Assembly: GCA_963755915.1 (NCBI GenBank)
Contig: CAVWLP010000002.1
Span: forward strand, 1,344,001 to 1,408,000
Length of the DNA: 64,000 nt
Source of the DNA: an uncultured Phycisphaerales bacterium
GTDB taxonomy: Bacteria > Planctomycetota > Phycisphaerae > Tepidisphaerales > Tepidisphaeraceae
Direction of reading: 5' to 3'
This document shows positions 39,096 through 47,812 of this stretch, piece by piece. Position numbers and translations under genes: made by a program. The notes beneath the pieces were generated by a model, which searched no databases, was not told the origin of the DNA, and was given only the letters and a program-made list of their open reading frames with translations. Numbering within the stretch: the first letter of the stretch is position 1; every line of letters starts with the position of its first letter.

Positions 39096-40280
39096 CTATT
39101 GCGGCGTATCGAGGGATTTGACCGCGGCTTGCTGGAAATATCTGCGGAAATCGGACGCGTCGGAATTCTCAAGGTCCGCGCGCTGAATCAGCAGAATGTA
39201 AATCCGTCGTTTGACGGGGTCGATCCACGCCTGCGTGCCATACATGCCGCCGTGGCCGAAGGTTCCGGGTGAAAGACCCTCGGTGATGCCGCTGGGTTGG
39301 CGGACGATTCCGAAACCTAAACCCCAGGCGCTGCCGGGAACGAAGCCGGCCTTCAGCGTCCCCGTTTGAACGCTGGTCATTTCATGGATGCTCTGGGCGG
39401 AGAGATATCGTCGCCCATCCAGCGTGCCGCCATCAAGAAGCATCTTGGTGAAGCGGTAGTAATCCGGCGCCGTCGAGAAAAGCCCGCCATTGGCGGCCGC
39501 GTAATGGTTGCGATCGCCAGGGGGGCCGGGAATGCGCGAGATTTTGGTCGGGATCAGCTTCCCGTTTTTCAAACTGTACGAAACCGCCAGCCGCTTCACC
39601 TGCGCCGCATCGGGATAAAACGTCGTGTCCTTCAGCTCCATCGGATCGAAGAGCCGCTCCTGCATGAACTCGGCAAAGCTTTCCCCCGAGACAATTTCGA
39701 TGATCCGCCCCAGCGTGTTGATCCCGGATTGGCAATAATCCCACTTGGTCCCCGGCTCAAACTTCGTCGGCCGATTGAGATAAGAGGGAATCAGCTCGGC
39801 AAGTGTGCGGGCCCTGTGCATCAATTCATCCGGCGCTTCCTGGAGTCCGCTGGTGTGCGTGATCAGTTGGCGCAGGGTGAGGTTTGCAGGCTTGCCGGAC
39901 GGCGTTTTCAGCCCCGCGAATTCGGGAATAAATTTGGATACAGGATCGTCCAGCGAAATCTTCCCCTGCTCCTGCAGCATCATGACCGCCGTCGAAGTCA
40001 TCAGCTTGGTCATCGAGGCGATCCAGAACACCGTGTCAGTGCGCATCGGCAGATGATGGTGCAGATCGCGCTGACCGACAGCCGAGAGATAGATAATGTG
40101 TGTATCATCGCCGACGAGCGTGACCGCCCCGGAGAGCTGCCCTTTATCGACAAAGGCCTGCATGGTCTGGTCGATCTTTGGATTTTTGGGGTACTGAAGG
40201 ATTTCAGGAGGTTCTTGCATGGTATGGGTGCAGGAGGCCAAAGTTAGAACGAAAAGTCCGATGATCGATATCGATTTCAT
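39096..40280 (-). CDS. Serine hydrolase (beta-lactamase-related) lipoprotein
   Basis: LASC lipobox; SMTK (SxxK); LITHTSG; FGHGG. Confidence 0.9.
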   Translation of the reverse strand: MKSISIIGLFVLTLASCTHTMQEPPEILQYPKNPKIDQTMQAFVDKGQLSGAVTLVGDDTHIIYLSAVGQRDLHHHLPMRTDTVFWIASMTKLMTSTAVMMLQEQGKISLDDPVSKFIPEFAGLKTPSGKPANLTLRQLITHTSGLQEAPDELMHRARTLAELIPSYLNRPTKFEPGTKWDYCQSGINTLGRIIEIVSGESFAEFMQERLFDPMELKDTTFYPDAAQVKRLAVSYSLKNGKLIPTKISRIPGPPGDRNHYAAANGGLFSTAPDYYRFTKMLLDGGTLDGRRYLSAQSIHEMTSVQTGTLKAGFVPGSAWGLGFGIVRQPSGITEGLSPGTFGHGGMYGTQAWIDPVKRRIYILLIQRADLENSDASDFRRYFQQAAVKSLDTPQ

Positions 40281-40324
40281 TGCTGATAATACTTTAATCA
40301 GAAACTCCCGTGTAGCCGCCGCAA

Positions 40325-40372
40325 GAGCCGGAGGCGCTTGGGCGGTACTCCGCGAGCTTAGGCCGGAGGCCG
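40325..40372. repeat. Dispersed GAGCCG..GCGGTACTCCGC..GCCGGAGGCCG repeat
   Basis: Related copies at 43654, 46046 and, as a tandem array, 48723. Confidence 0.55.
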
Positions 40373-40679
40373 TTCATGCGGCGCTTTCCCGCCCAACACC
40401 TCGAGGCCGTCCCGAACGTCGCCAGGGCAGCCTTGTGCCATCGCCGCGGAACCGCCTGTTATATACGAGCCGGCGAGTATTCTCGTCACACCAACCGTAA
40501 CCGAAAATACTCTGAATGCTTTTTCCCTTTCCACACCTTTTGCCACATAGCAATGTGGGTAAAAACGAGCCCAGTGCATTGCAAGGAGTGAAAACGCACG
40601 GATGGCCTTAAGCCGACAAGATGGAAGATAAGTTCGATCTAAAGAGGGCCGATGCCTAAAATACCAACAGGGACGCAAA

Positions 40680-41819
40680 ATGCCTCCGCTCCAAATCCTC
40701 AACGACGATCAGGCCCGCCTCAAATCCCTCAAGGACATGCTCCATCAACACGTCGCCCCCGCCGCCGACGAGCTGATCCAGCACGAAGCCGACGGCGCCG
40801 TCCGCTGCTTTGCCTGCGGCCATCGCTGCCTCGTCAAGCCCGGCCGCGACGGCGTCTGCCGCGTGCGCTTCAACGAGGGCGGCACTCTGAAAGTCCCCTT
40901 CGGCTACGTAGGCGTCCTCGCCTGCGACCCCATCGAGAAAAAACCCTTCTTCCATTGCCTCCCCGGCAGCGACGCCCTCACCTTCGGCATGCTCGGCTGC
41001 GATTTCCACTGCGGCTATTGCCAGAACTGGGTCACCAGCCAGATGCTCCGCGACCCCAAGGCCGCTGCCCCGCCCAAATTGACGAACCCCAAGCAGCTCG
41101 TAGACCTGGCCATCCAGCACGGAGCCCCGGTCATCGCCTCCAGCTACAACGAGCCGCTCATCACCAGCGAATGGGCCGTCGCCGTTTTCCGCGAAGCGCG
41201 CACCCGCGGCCTCAAGTGTGCCTATATCTCCAACGGCAACGGCACGCCGCAGGTCCTCGATTTCCTCCGTCCTCACGTCGACGCCTACAAAGTCGATCTC
41301 AAAACCTTCAATCCAAAACACTACCGCGAGCTGGGCGGCGTAATGGAAAACGTCACCACCACCATCAAAATGCTCAAGCAACGCAACTTCTGGGTCGAAA
41401 TCGTCACCCTCGTAGTCCCCGGCTTCAGCGACGACCCCGATGAGCTCAAACAAATGGCCGATTTTCTGGCCTCGGTTGATCCCCTCATGCCCTGGCACGT
41501 AACCGCCTTCCATCCCGACTACAAAATGCGCGAGGGCTTCCGCAACACCACCGCCGACGACCTGATGCGAATCGTCGAGTACGGCCAGAAAGCCGGCCTG
41601 AAATATATCTACCCAGGCAACCTCCCCGGCCAGGTCGGCGATTGGGAAAACACCCGCTGCCACTACTGCCGCGCCATGCTAATCCGGCGATACGGTTTTC
41701 TGGTCCAGGAAATCCGCGTGACCTCAGAGGGCAAATGCCCCGACTGCGGCACCGCCATCCCCGGCATCTGGGGCAAGCGCAGCGGCCACGGGGATGGAAA
41801 GGTGCGCCCCTTGGCCTAA
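40680..41819 (+). CDS. amrS: AmmeMemoRadiSAM system radical SAM enzyme
   Basis: CFACGHRC..GVCRVR, DPIEKKPFFH, GCDFHCGYCQNW, YNEP, TAFHPDY. Confidence 0.92.
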   Translation: MPPLQILNDDQARLKSLKDMLHQHVAPAADELIQHEADGAVRCFACGHRCLVKPGRDGVCRVRFNEGGTLKVPFGYVGVLACDPIEKKPFFHCLPGSDALTFGMLGCDFHCGYCQNWVTSQMLRDPKAAAPPKLTNPKQLVDLAIQHGAPVIASSYNEPLITSEWAVAVFREARTRGLKCAYISNGNGTPQVLDFLRPHVDAYKVDLKTFNPKHYRELGGVMENVTTTIKMLKQRNFWVEIVTLVVPGFSDDPDELKQMADFLASVDPLMPWHVTAFHPDYKMREGFRNTTADDLMRIVEYGQKAGLKYIYPGNLPGQVGDWENTRCHYCRAMLIRRYGFLVQEIRVTSEGKCPDCGTAIPGIWGKRSGHGDGKVRPLA

Positions 41820-42084
41820 TCGGGTGTAATGCTTGCTTATGGCTCACCGGTATTTCCCCTCCCCTGGTACTCCTGACCGCCCGCCACTTTTTTCTGTCGA
41901 GTCAGATTTCCCCCCGCCGGAATGATGCGCTCGGCTTCTTTCCTTTGTCGCAGGACGTGAACCAGCAAAACCGCCAATACCGTCCGGCTGGCCCCACGAT
42001 CTTCACCTGCCCGATGGTCCAAGCACAAATAGGCCTGAAAATCCGCAGCAATGCGTCTGTTCGTTGCCTTTGGCCTTGGACGGT

Positions 42085-43618
42085 TAGATGGCATGTTGGT
42101 TGTCGGGCTAGCCACCGTCGACTAAACCCGACAACCATGAAACACAATTCTTCTAAAGGTAGCCGCAAGGCCTCCCAAGTTCGAGGGGAGAGAGTCTCGA
42201 AGCCCAATCAGTCGCACGAGGTGATCAAACTCGGCGTGGATACCCACAGCCAGCAATATACCTTCGCACGGATGGTCGATCATCAGGGGATTCAACCGGC
42301 CCAAAAACTCTCGCCGGCCGTCTTCATCGAGTTTCTCAAAAAGCAGCTGACGCTGGCCAAACGCGTGGTGATGGTCTACGAAGCCGGTCCCTACGGCTTC
42401 GCGTTGCACCGCGAAGCCACCGCCCTGGGCGTAGAGTGCCTGGTCTGTGCCCCCGAACGTCTGTCCCGCGGCCGCAAGAGAGTCAACGACAAGATCGACG
42501 CCACCGAACTGCTCTCGCGTCTGGACCGGCATCTCGCCGGCAACACGACGGCGCTGCGTCTGGTGCGTGTCCCCACGGTGGCCCAGGAGATCCACCGCCG
42601 CCTGGGGCGCGAGCGCAACACCTACCGAAAGGAACGGCAGCGCTGGATCGCCCGTGGACGAAGCCTGCTGCACAGCCTCGGCATCCATCGCCCGGGAAAA
42701 TGGTGGGAGCCGCTGGCGTGTGAGCCGCTGCTGAAAAAGCTGGAAGAACTCTACGGCTCAGAACTGATCGAACCGATCCGCAAGGAGCTTGCCCGCGACC
42801 TGGAGATGGTAGAGATGATGGACCAGAAGCGAGATGAACTGACCCGCCAGCTCTGCGCGGAGGCCAAGTCCCGCGAATCGGCCCGGATCAAGGGAATCGG
42901 ACACCTCAGCTATGAGCTGCTGGATCGTGAGATCGTCGACTGGAATCGCTTCCAGAACCGCCGGCAGATCGCCAGCTACACCGGGCTTTGCCCTGGAGAA
43001 TCCTCCTCAGGCCAGAGCCGGATGAATCTGTCGATCGACAAACATGGCAACCGCCGACTGCGCACGGTGCTGGTGGAACTGGCGTGGCTGCTGCCCAAGT
43101 TCCAGCCGGAGTATTTTCGTCTGAAGCGCTGGAAGCAGGTCTTCGAGAACCCCGGAGCCAGAGCCATGCGCAAGAAAGCCGCGGTGGCCTTGGCGCGGCA
43201 ACTGGCGGTGGACCTGTGGCGGATCAAAACCGGCCGGGTCAAAGCGCAGGATCTGGGCTTGAAACTGGCAGCGTAAAAAGCCGGCCAAGGTTGTCCCCGA
43301 ACTTCTGGAGCCTGGATGGACGACGGATAAAGAGCTTGGAATAAAAGTGAAAGAGACGAGCCACGGTGTAACGCGCCCGTTTTCCCCTATGAGCGCCCTT
43401 GAGCGTTCGGCGGTTAGATTGGGTCAGCGTGAACCGCCTGCAACGGACGTATTAGACCATGGTGTACTGGCAAACCGCCAGGTACGGATAGCAGGAAGAG
43501 CGTTGCCGCAATGATGGCAACAGCCCATGCAGAGCGGACACTGACAGGCCGAGCAACAGCTTAAAAAGACAAAAGAATAAAGGCGGCGAATGCGGCCCAC
43601 ACTTGACAACCAACATAG
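42085..43618 (+). mobile_element. IS110 family element, IS1111-type
   Basis: 12-bp sub-terminal IR ATGTTGGTTGTC (42093-42104) / GACAACCAACAT (43605-43616); TAG at both ends; about 340-nt noncoding 3' end; TTGACA at 43603. Confidence 0.85.
42137..43276 (+). CDS. IS110 family transposase/recombinase
   Basis: LGVDTH, VYEAGP, NDKIDA (DEDD); IKGIG, YTGLCPGESSSG, GNRRLR, AVALARQL. Confidence 0.93.
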   Translation: MKHNSSKGSRKASQVRGERVSKPNQSHEVIKLGVDTHSQQYTFARMVDHQGIQPAQKLSPAVFIEFLKKQLTLAKRVVMVYEAGPYGFALHREATALGVECLVCAPERLSRGRKRVNDKIDATELLSRLDRHLAGNTTALRLVRVPTVAQEIHRRLGRERNTYRKERQRWIARGRSLLHSLGIHRPGKWWEPLACEPLLKKLEELYGSELIEPIRKELARDLEMVEMMDQKRDELTRQLCAEAKSRESARIKGIGHLSYELLDREIVDWNRFQNRRQIASYTGLCPGESSSGQSRMNLSIDKHGNRRLRTVLVELAWLLPKFQPEYFRLKRWKQVFENPGARAMRKKAAVALARQLAVDLWRIKTGRVKAQDLGLKLAA

Positions 43619-43992
43619 CAGGGGAAAAGGAGAGGGAGTGGGGGTGCGGGGGCGGAGCCGCGGACGGCTCCGGGCCGTACTCGGCGATTACGCCCCGGAG
43701 GCCTCCGCGCCTCCGAAGAACCTCTTGGGGCCCTATGTGGCTCTCCCTCGCCCCCGCATTGCATTTGCGTTTTGTATTCAAAAAAAGCAGCCATATGGCT
43801 CACGAAAACAAAAAGTGTCGGGCGGTCAGCCTGGTACTCCGGGGGAACCCTCCCTGTCCTCTTCCGCTAGTTTCGGCACGATGGGTGGGGGGTCGGACCA
43901 CAAATGAGCGCCACAACCGCTCAACCAGTTCGCCAACATTTTTCGTGCAGCGCCCCGTTCGTGTGTTAAATTTATTGATCACGGAGAAACCA

Positions 43993-44238
43993 ATGACGAT
44001 TTCCCTCAGCGCAGAAACTCAAAAACTTCTCGCAGAAAAGCTCCAAAGCGGCGAGTTCAGTTCCGCTGACGAGGTCGTCCACGCCGCATTAGAAGCGCTG
44101 AACACTCTTCAATCACATTCCCTGGATCCGGCCACACTGGACGCAATTCATCGGGCCGAAGCTCAAATCGAGCACACCCGCGTCCACAATTGGAAGAACG
44201 TGCGCGAACAGGTACACGACCGATTCCTCGGCAAGTGA
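43993..44238 (+). CDS. ParD-like RHH antitoxin (orphan)
   Basis: MTISLS..KLQSGEFSSADEVVHAAL; no intact toxin gene follows. Confidence 0.7.
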   Translation: MTISLSAETQKLLAEKLQSGEFSSADEVVHAALEALNTLQSHSLDPATLDAIHRAEAQIEHTRVHNWKNVREQVHDRFLGK

Positions 44239-44309
44239 CAAGCTCACTCTCGCCCACACACACTCTGACCATCCGCCGTGGCGTCCGGCGACCGCCTCGT
44301 CAGATTGAT

Positions 44310-44496
44310 TAGAGCATTTTCACTTCAGATGTAGCGTCTGCGTTGATTTGGCCGGGGCTGGCCGCAAGGAAGAGCGACGAAGCGGGTTCGCATGGACCCG
44401 TTGAGGAGCGATGACGCCGCGGACGGCCCCGGCCAAATCAACCCGAAGGGTCGCCGAAGGCGACGCAGACGCTACACCTGAAGTGAAACTGCTCTA
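44310..44496. mobile_element. 187-bp palindromic MITE-like element
   Basis: 34-bp TIR TAGAGCA(T/G)TTTCACTTCAG(A/G)TGTAGCGTCTGCGT with 2 mismatches; internal 16-bp IR GTTGATTTGGCCGGGG; TA at both ends. Confidence 0.85.
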
Positions 44497-44634
44497 AGTC
44501 TTCCCCTTGCCGCGTTCCCGCTCAGGAGCCCCAAGAATTCAAAAGCGGAAAAAGTCAAATCCTTTAAATCTCGGGTAGTGGGTCAGTTTGAAAAATAATG
44601 GTTGGAAATGAGTTTTCTGGTTATTCTCACTTAA

Positions 44635-44949
44635 ATGCCCAATGGTCACGACAAGAACTGGGTCCGCCTCGTCGGTGTCATTGATGGTTTTCGAGCAAGA
44701 TGCGATGCTTGGCCCACTCGCGTCAGAATGTTTCCTGCCGCCTTACGAGACATTCAGGATCATTTGTTTTCACCAGAATTGTTCGCGAAATTAACTCAAA
44801 AACTTCAACTTGTCGCGGATGAAGCTCCATTCATTGCCGAAGACGATCACGGCAACAGTTACTCGTATGGAAAAGATGGATTTCCAGTCAATCGGCCTAA
44901 TCCAGGTGCTCGGGAATGGCTTGGAATAGAGCCGGATAGGGGCGGATAA
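44635..44949 (+). CDS. Hypothetical protein (passenger gene)
   Basis: 104-aa ORF with lower GC, between the IR and the transposase stop. Confidence 0.6.
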   Translation: MPNGHDKNWVRLVGVIDGFRARCDAWPTRVRMFPAALRDIQDHLFSPELFAKLTQKLQLVADEAPFIAEDDHGNSYSYGKDGFPVNRPNPGAREWLGIEPDRGG

Positions 44950-44978
44950 CCGATACCCGTATCGTGTCGGTTTTTATC

Positions 44979-45281
44979 TCAGTCGATCAAAGCTACCAAT
45001 TCCTCAAGCTCCCAAACATGATCGGCCAGCCCGGCTTGCATGGCTGGAGTCACGCGAAGCGTCTGGTGAATCCGGCAATAGTTGTAGTGCATGAAGTGCA
45101 AGGCAACTTGCGCCGCGTGGTTCTCAACCTTTTTGCTGAACGCGTTTGTGAGTCGCGTGAATCGACGCATCGACATCCGCATCGTGAGATTCTGCCGTTC
45201 AACGTAGGACGTTGAAATGTGGCTGGCATCGGGCGTTCCGCAGACTTCCTCTTGCCGAATGTCAACCACTTCCGGCGGCGA
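44979..45281 (-). pseudogene. IS1-family transposase C-terminal fragment
   Basis: HISTSYVERQNLTMRMSMRRFTRLTNAFSKKVENH..TPAMQAGLADHVWELEEL. Confidence 0.85.
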
Positions 45282-45947
45282 GTAGTGGGTCAGTTTGAAA
45301 TTAAATAGTACTTTCGACCAGCTTTCCGCATTCCGGGCAACGATCAGGCGTGGCGCGGAGGTCATAGCCGCAGACCTCGCAGAGGCCTCTTGCACTTCGG
45401 CGGCGGTTGCGGCGCCGATTCATTTCCTGAATCAGAATTAGCATCGGGCAAAAGGCCATTAACGCCCAATGGGGGATTCGTGCCTCTAAACATGGGATAT
45501 ACGCTCCTGATCCAAGCTCGTTGATTCCGAACTCAAATCCGCACTTGCTGAAATAGGCGCCGTAAAATACGTCGCCTAACCACTCACCGTGGGGAAGGGG
45601 AAACGATTTGAACTCGATTTCCAAAGGAAGGCTGTGGATAAAGTTGGCGTGAGTCACGTAAATATATCGCGCCCATATTTGGCCATCGCGCGACCCGATC
45701 TCGAATGCGCCCCTATATTGGCCAATTGCACTCAATTGGACAGCTATCCATTCATCGTGGTGAATGCTCCGTATCTACAGTAGCAGCGTACCCACGAACA
45801 TCAGCACCATCGAAGCGGCGATTACTCTCGACAGCCATCGGCGGAAGCGTTTCATCGGTTGCAATTCTACCGCGATTCAGTCAATCAACTTCACCAATTC
45901 CTCAAGCTCCCAAACATGGTCCGACAGCCCCGCCAGCATTGCCGGTG
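45282..45947 (-). mobile_element. IS1-family 3' remnant 2
   Basis: IR GTAGTGGGTCAGTTTGAAA at 45282; transposase tail PAMLAGLSDHVWELEELVKLID* at about 45876-45947. Confidence 0.7.
45301..45855 (-). pseudogene. Membrane protein with C-terminal zinc ribbon and an internal stop codon
   Basis: MKRFRRWL..LLL*IRS (TAG at 45775-45777, probably from TGG), in frame with GLCEVCGYDLRATPDRCPECG. Confidence 0.7.
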
Positions 45948-46253
45948 ATAGCTTCGATGAACAAAAATCCCTCTCATCCGAAAAATCCAAAACTCTTTTC
46001 TTTCTTGGCGCTCTTCGCGTCTTGAGCGAAGCGGGCGGTTAAAACGGAGCCGCGGACGGCGACGGGCGGTACACCGCGAAAGGTAGGCCGGAGGCCGGTC
46101 AATTTTATTAACCGCCAAGCCACCAAGAGCGCCAAGAAAGGCAAATCAATATCAAATCTCCGCGGTGAAATGATTTGTTTAATGGTAAACAGAACGATTG
46201 TTACCGATCACTATCAAAATCCGCGAAAAATGTAAAAAAACGTAACAAAACGT

Positions 46254-47743
46254 TAATCCCGTTCGGCACGGGGTTCGCGCAAGCAGCAAGATATTGAGAT
46301 TGCGCCTTTGATCTTTTTATGGCATGCTGCCGGACGTGCAGGCAAGACTGAAGGAAAAAGAGATCCTGTGCCTCGGACATCTGCGGCGCGTCTTCGCGCT
46401 GCTGCCCACGCTGCGGGATGTGGGCTGTGAGCGGGATCGAGCCGGGAACCGCCAGCTTCACTTCGACGATTATTGCAAGCTGGTTTTGCTTTACACCTGG
46501 AATCCGCTGATCCAATCCCTGCGGGATCTTCAGGAGGTTGCTGAACTGCCCAAGGTGGCCAAGGCGCTGGGAATTAAGCGTTTTTCCGTGGGCAGTTTCT
46601 CTGAATCGGTTCGGGTGTTCGAGCCGGGGCGTTTGACGCCGCTGATTGAGGAATTGGCGGGGGAACTGCCCCAGGCGCCCGATCCGCGTCTTGCGGACTT
46701 TGGGCAGGCGATCACGCTGGTCGACGGGACGGTGCTGACGGCGCTGAGTCGGCTGGCCAAATCCGCTTGCGGCATCGATGCGCGCTACAACACCTCCCGG
46801 GACGGGAAAGCGGTCTATGGCTGGCGTTTGCACGTTCAATTCGATCTGGAGACGTTCAAAGTCCATCGCCTCGACCGCACTGGCGCTCGCAACGCGGGGG
46901 CCAACCGTGAAAACAACGTCCTGCGGCGCAGCCTGGAAGCAGGACGGTGCTATGTAGGAGACGGCGGCTACGCCGACCGGAGCCTCTTTGCGGACATCGC
47001 CGCGGCGCAAAGCTCCTTTGTGATGCGGGCCGCGGAAAACTCGGTGTTTGAGCTGTTTGAAGAACGATTGCTTTCACAGGAAGCATTGGACGGCGGCGTG
47101 GTGCGAGACGCGCTGGTGAAACTCGACGGCCTGGAGACGGCGGCGGATAGGGTGGTGCGACGGGTGGAAGTGCAGGTGAAACCCCATCCGCGCCGCACGC
47201 GCAGCGGCAACAAGCCGACGGACCTGATCATCCTGTACACGAACCTGCTGGACCTGCCGGCGGAATTGATCGCCCTGATTTATCTGTACCGCTACACCGT
47301 TGAGTTGTTCTTCCGGATCTTCAAGCAACTGCTGGGCATGCGTCACCTGCTGAGCCAACGCCAGGAGGGGATCGACATCCAAATCCACTGCGCGCTGATC
47401 GTCTGCGTGCTGATTCAGCTGATCAGCGGCAGGAAGCCGAACAAGGCGATGCGGAACATGATCGGCTGGTATCTGCTGGGGCTGGCCGAGGAACAGGACG
47501 TGCTTCGATTCCTGAACAAGCCGGATAACACCGGGATTAAGCTGAGGGCAAGAGCGGAGGCCTTGAAAAAACTGGGAGTAAACTGAAGGGGAATCCGTCG
47601 CCGCGGAGACCTCGCGGTTGATGCTGCGCTCTTGCGGACGCCGGCGTGCAGCAGGGGAAAGTAAAAGTATCTAAGCTTCAATTGTTTCGCGTCCTCCACA
47701 GCTTTGGAATGCTCCGATGAAGCCTGCGTGCCGAACGGGATTA
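46254..47743 (+). mobile_element. IS4 family insertion sequence, intact
   Basis: Perfect 17-bp TIR TAATCCCGTTCGGCACG; flanking direct repeat ACAAAACGT at 46245-46253 and 47744-47752. Confidence 0.93.
46324..47586 (+). CDS. IS4 family DDE transposase
   Basis: LVDGT, VGDGGYA, YLYRYTVELFFRIFKQ (YREK motif). Confidence 0.93.
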   Translation: MLPDVQARLKEKEILCLGHLRRVFALLPTLRDVGCERDRAGNRQLHFDDYCKLVLLYTWNPLIQSLRDLQEVAELPKVAKALGIKRFSVGSFSESVRVFEPGRLTPLIEELAGELPQAPDPRLADFGQAITLVDGTVLTALSRLAKSACGIDARYNTSRDGKAVYGWRLHVQFDLETFKVHRLDRTGARNAGANRENNVLRRSLEAGRCYVGDGGYADRSLFADIAAAQSSFVMRAAENSVFELFEERLLSQEALDGGVVRDALVKLDGLETAADRVVRRVEVQVKPHPRRTRSGNKPTDLIILYTNLLDLPAELIALIYLYRYTVELFFRIFKQLLGMRHLLSQRQEGIDIQIHCALIVCVLIQLISGRKPNKAMRNMIGWYLLGLAEEQDVLRFLNKPDNTGIKLRARAEALKKLGVN

Positions 47744-47812
47744 ACAAAACGTAAAATCCCCCTCCCCTAACCCCAAACTTGCCATCACTCCGCCAATCCC
47801 GAAAATGCCTCG

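Larger units (their letters stand above)
41873..43829. mobile_element. TIR-bounded non-autonomous element (about 420 bp without its IS110 insert) with a 10-bp target duplication
   Basis: TIR CTGACCGCCCG(C/A)CACTTTTT, 19/20 identical; flanking direct repeat CCTGGTACTC at 41863-41872 and 43830-43839. Confidence 0.8.
44574..45281 (-). mobile_element. IS1-family 3' remnant 1 (terminal IR, passenger gene, truncated transposase)
   Basis: IR GGTAGTGGGTCAGTTTGAAA at 44574; transposase C-terminus at 44979-45281. Confidence 0.75.

Noticed and set aside
41642-42136. 165-aa N-terminal extension of the IS110 transposase
   Set aside because: It crosses the element's left end and overlaps amrS; the start at 42137 fits the IS boundaries.
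45633-45641. Isolated DnaA-box match (TGTGGATAA)
   Set aside because: A single occurrence inside a passenger ORF, expected by chance.
45775-45777. In-frame TAG as pyrrolysine or stop-codon recoding
   Set aside because: It occupies a probable Trp position (TGG to TAG) in a decayed mobile remnant, and TAG is used as a normal stop elsewhere in the window.
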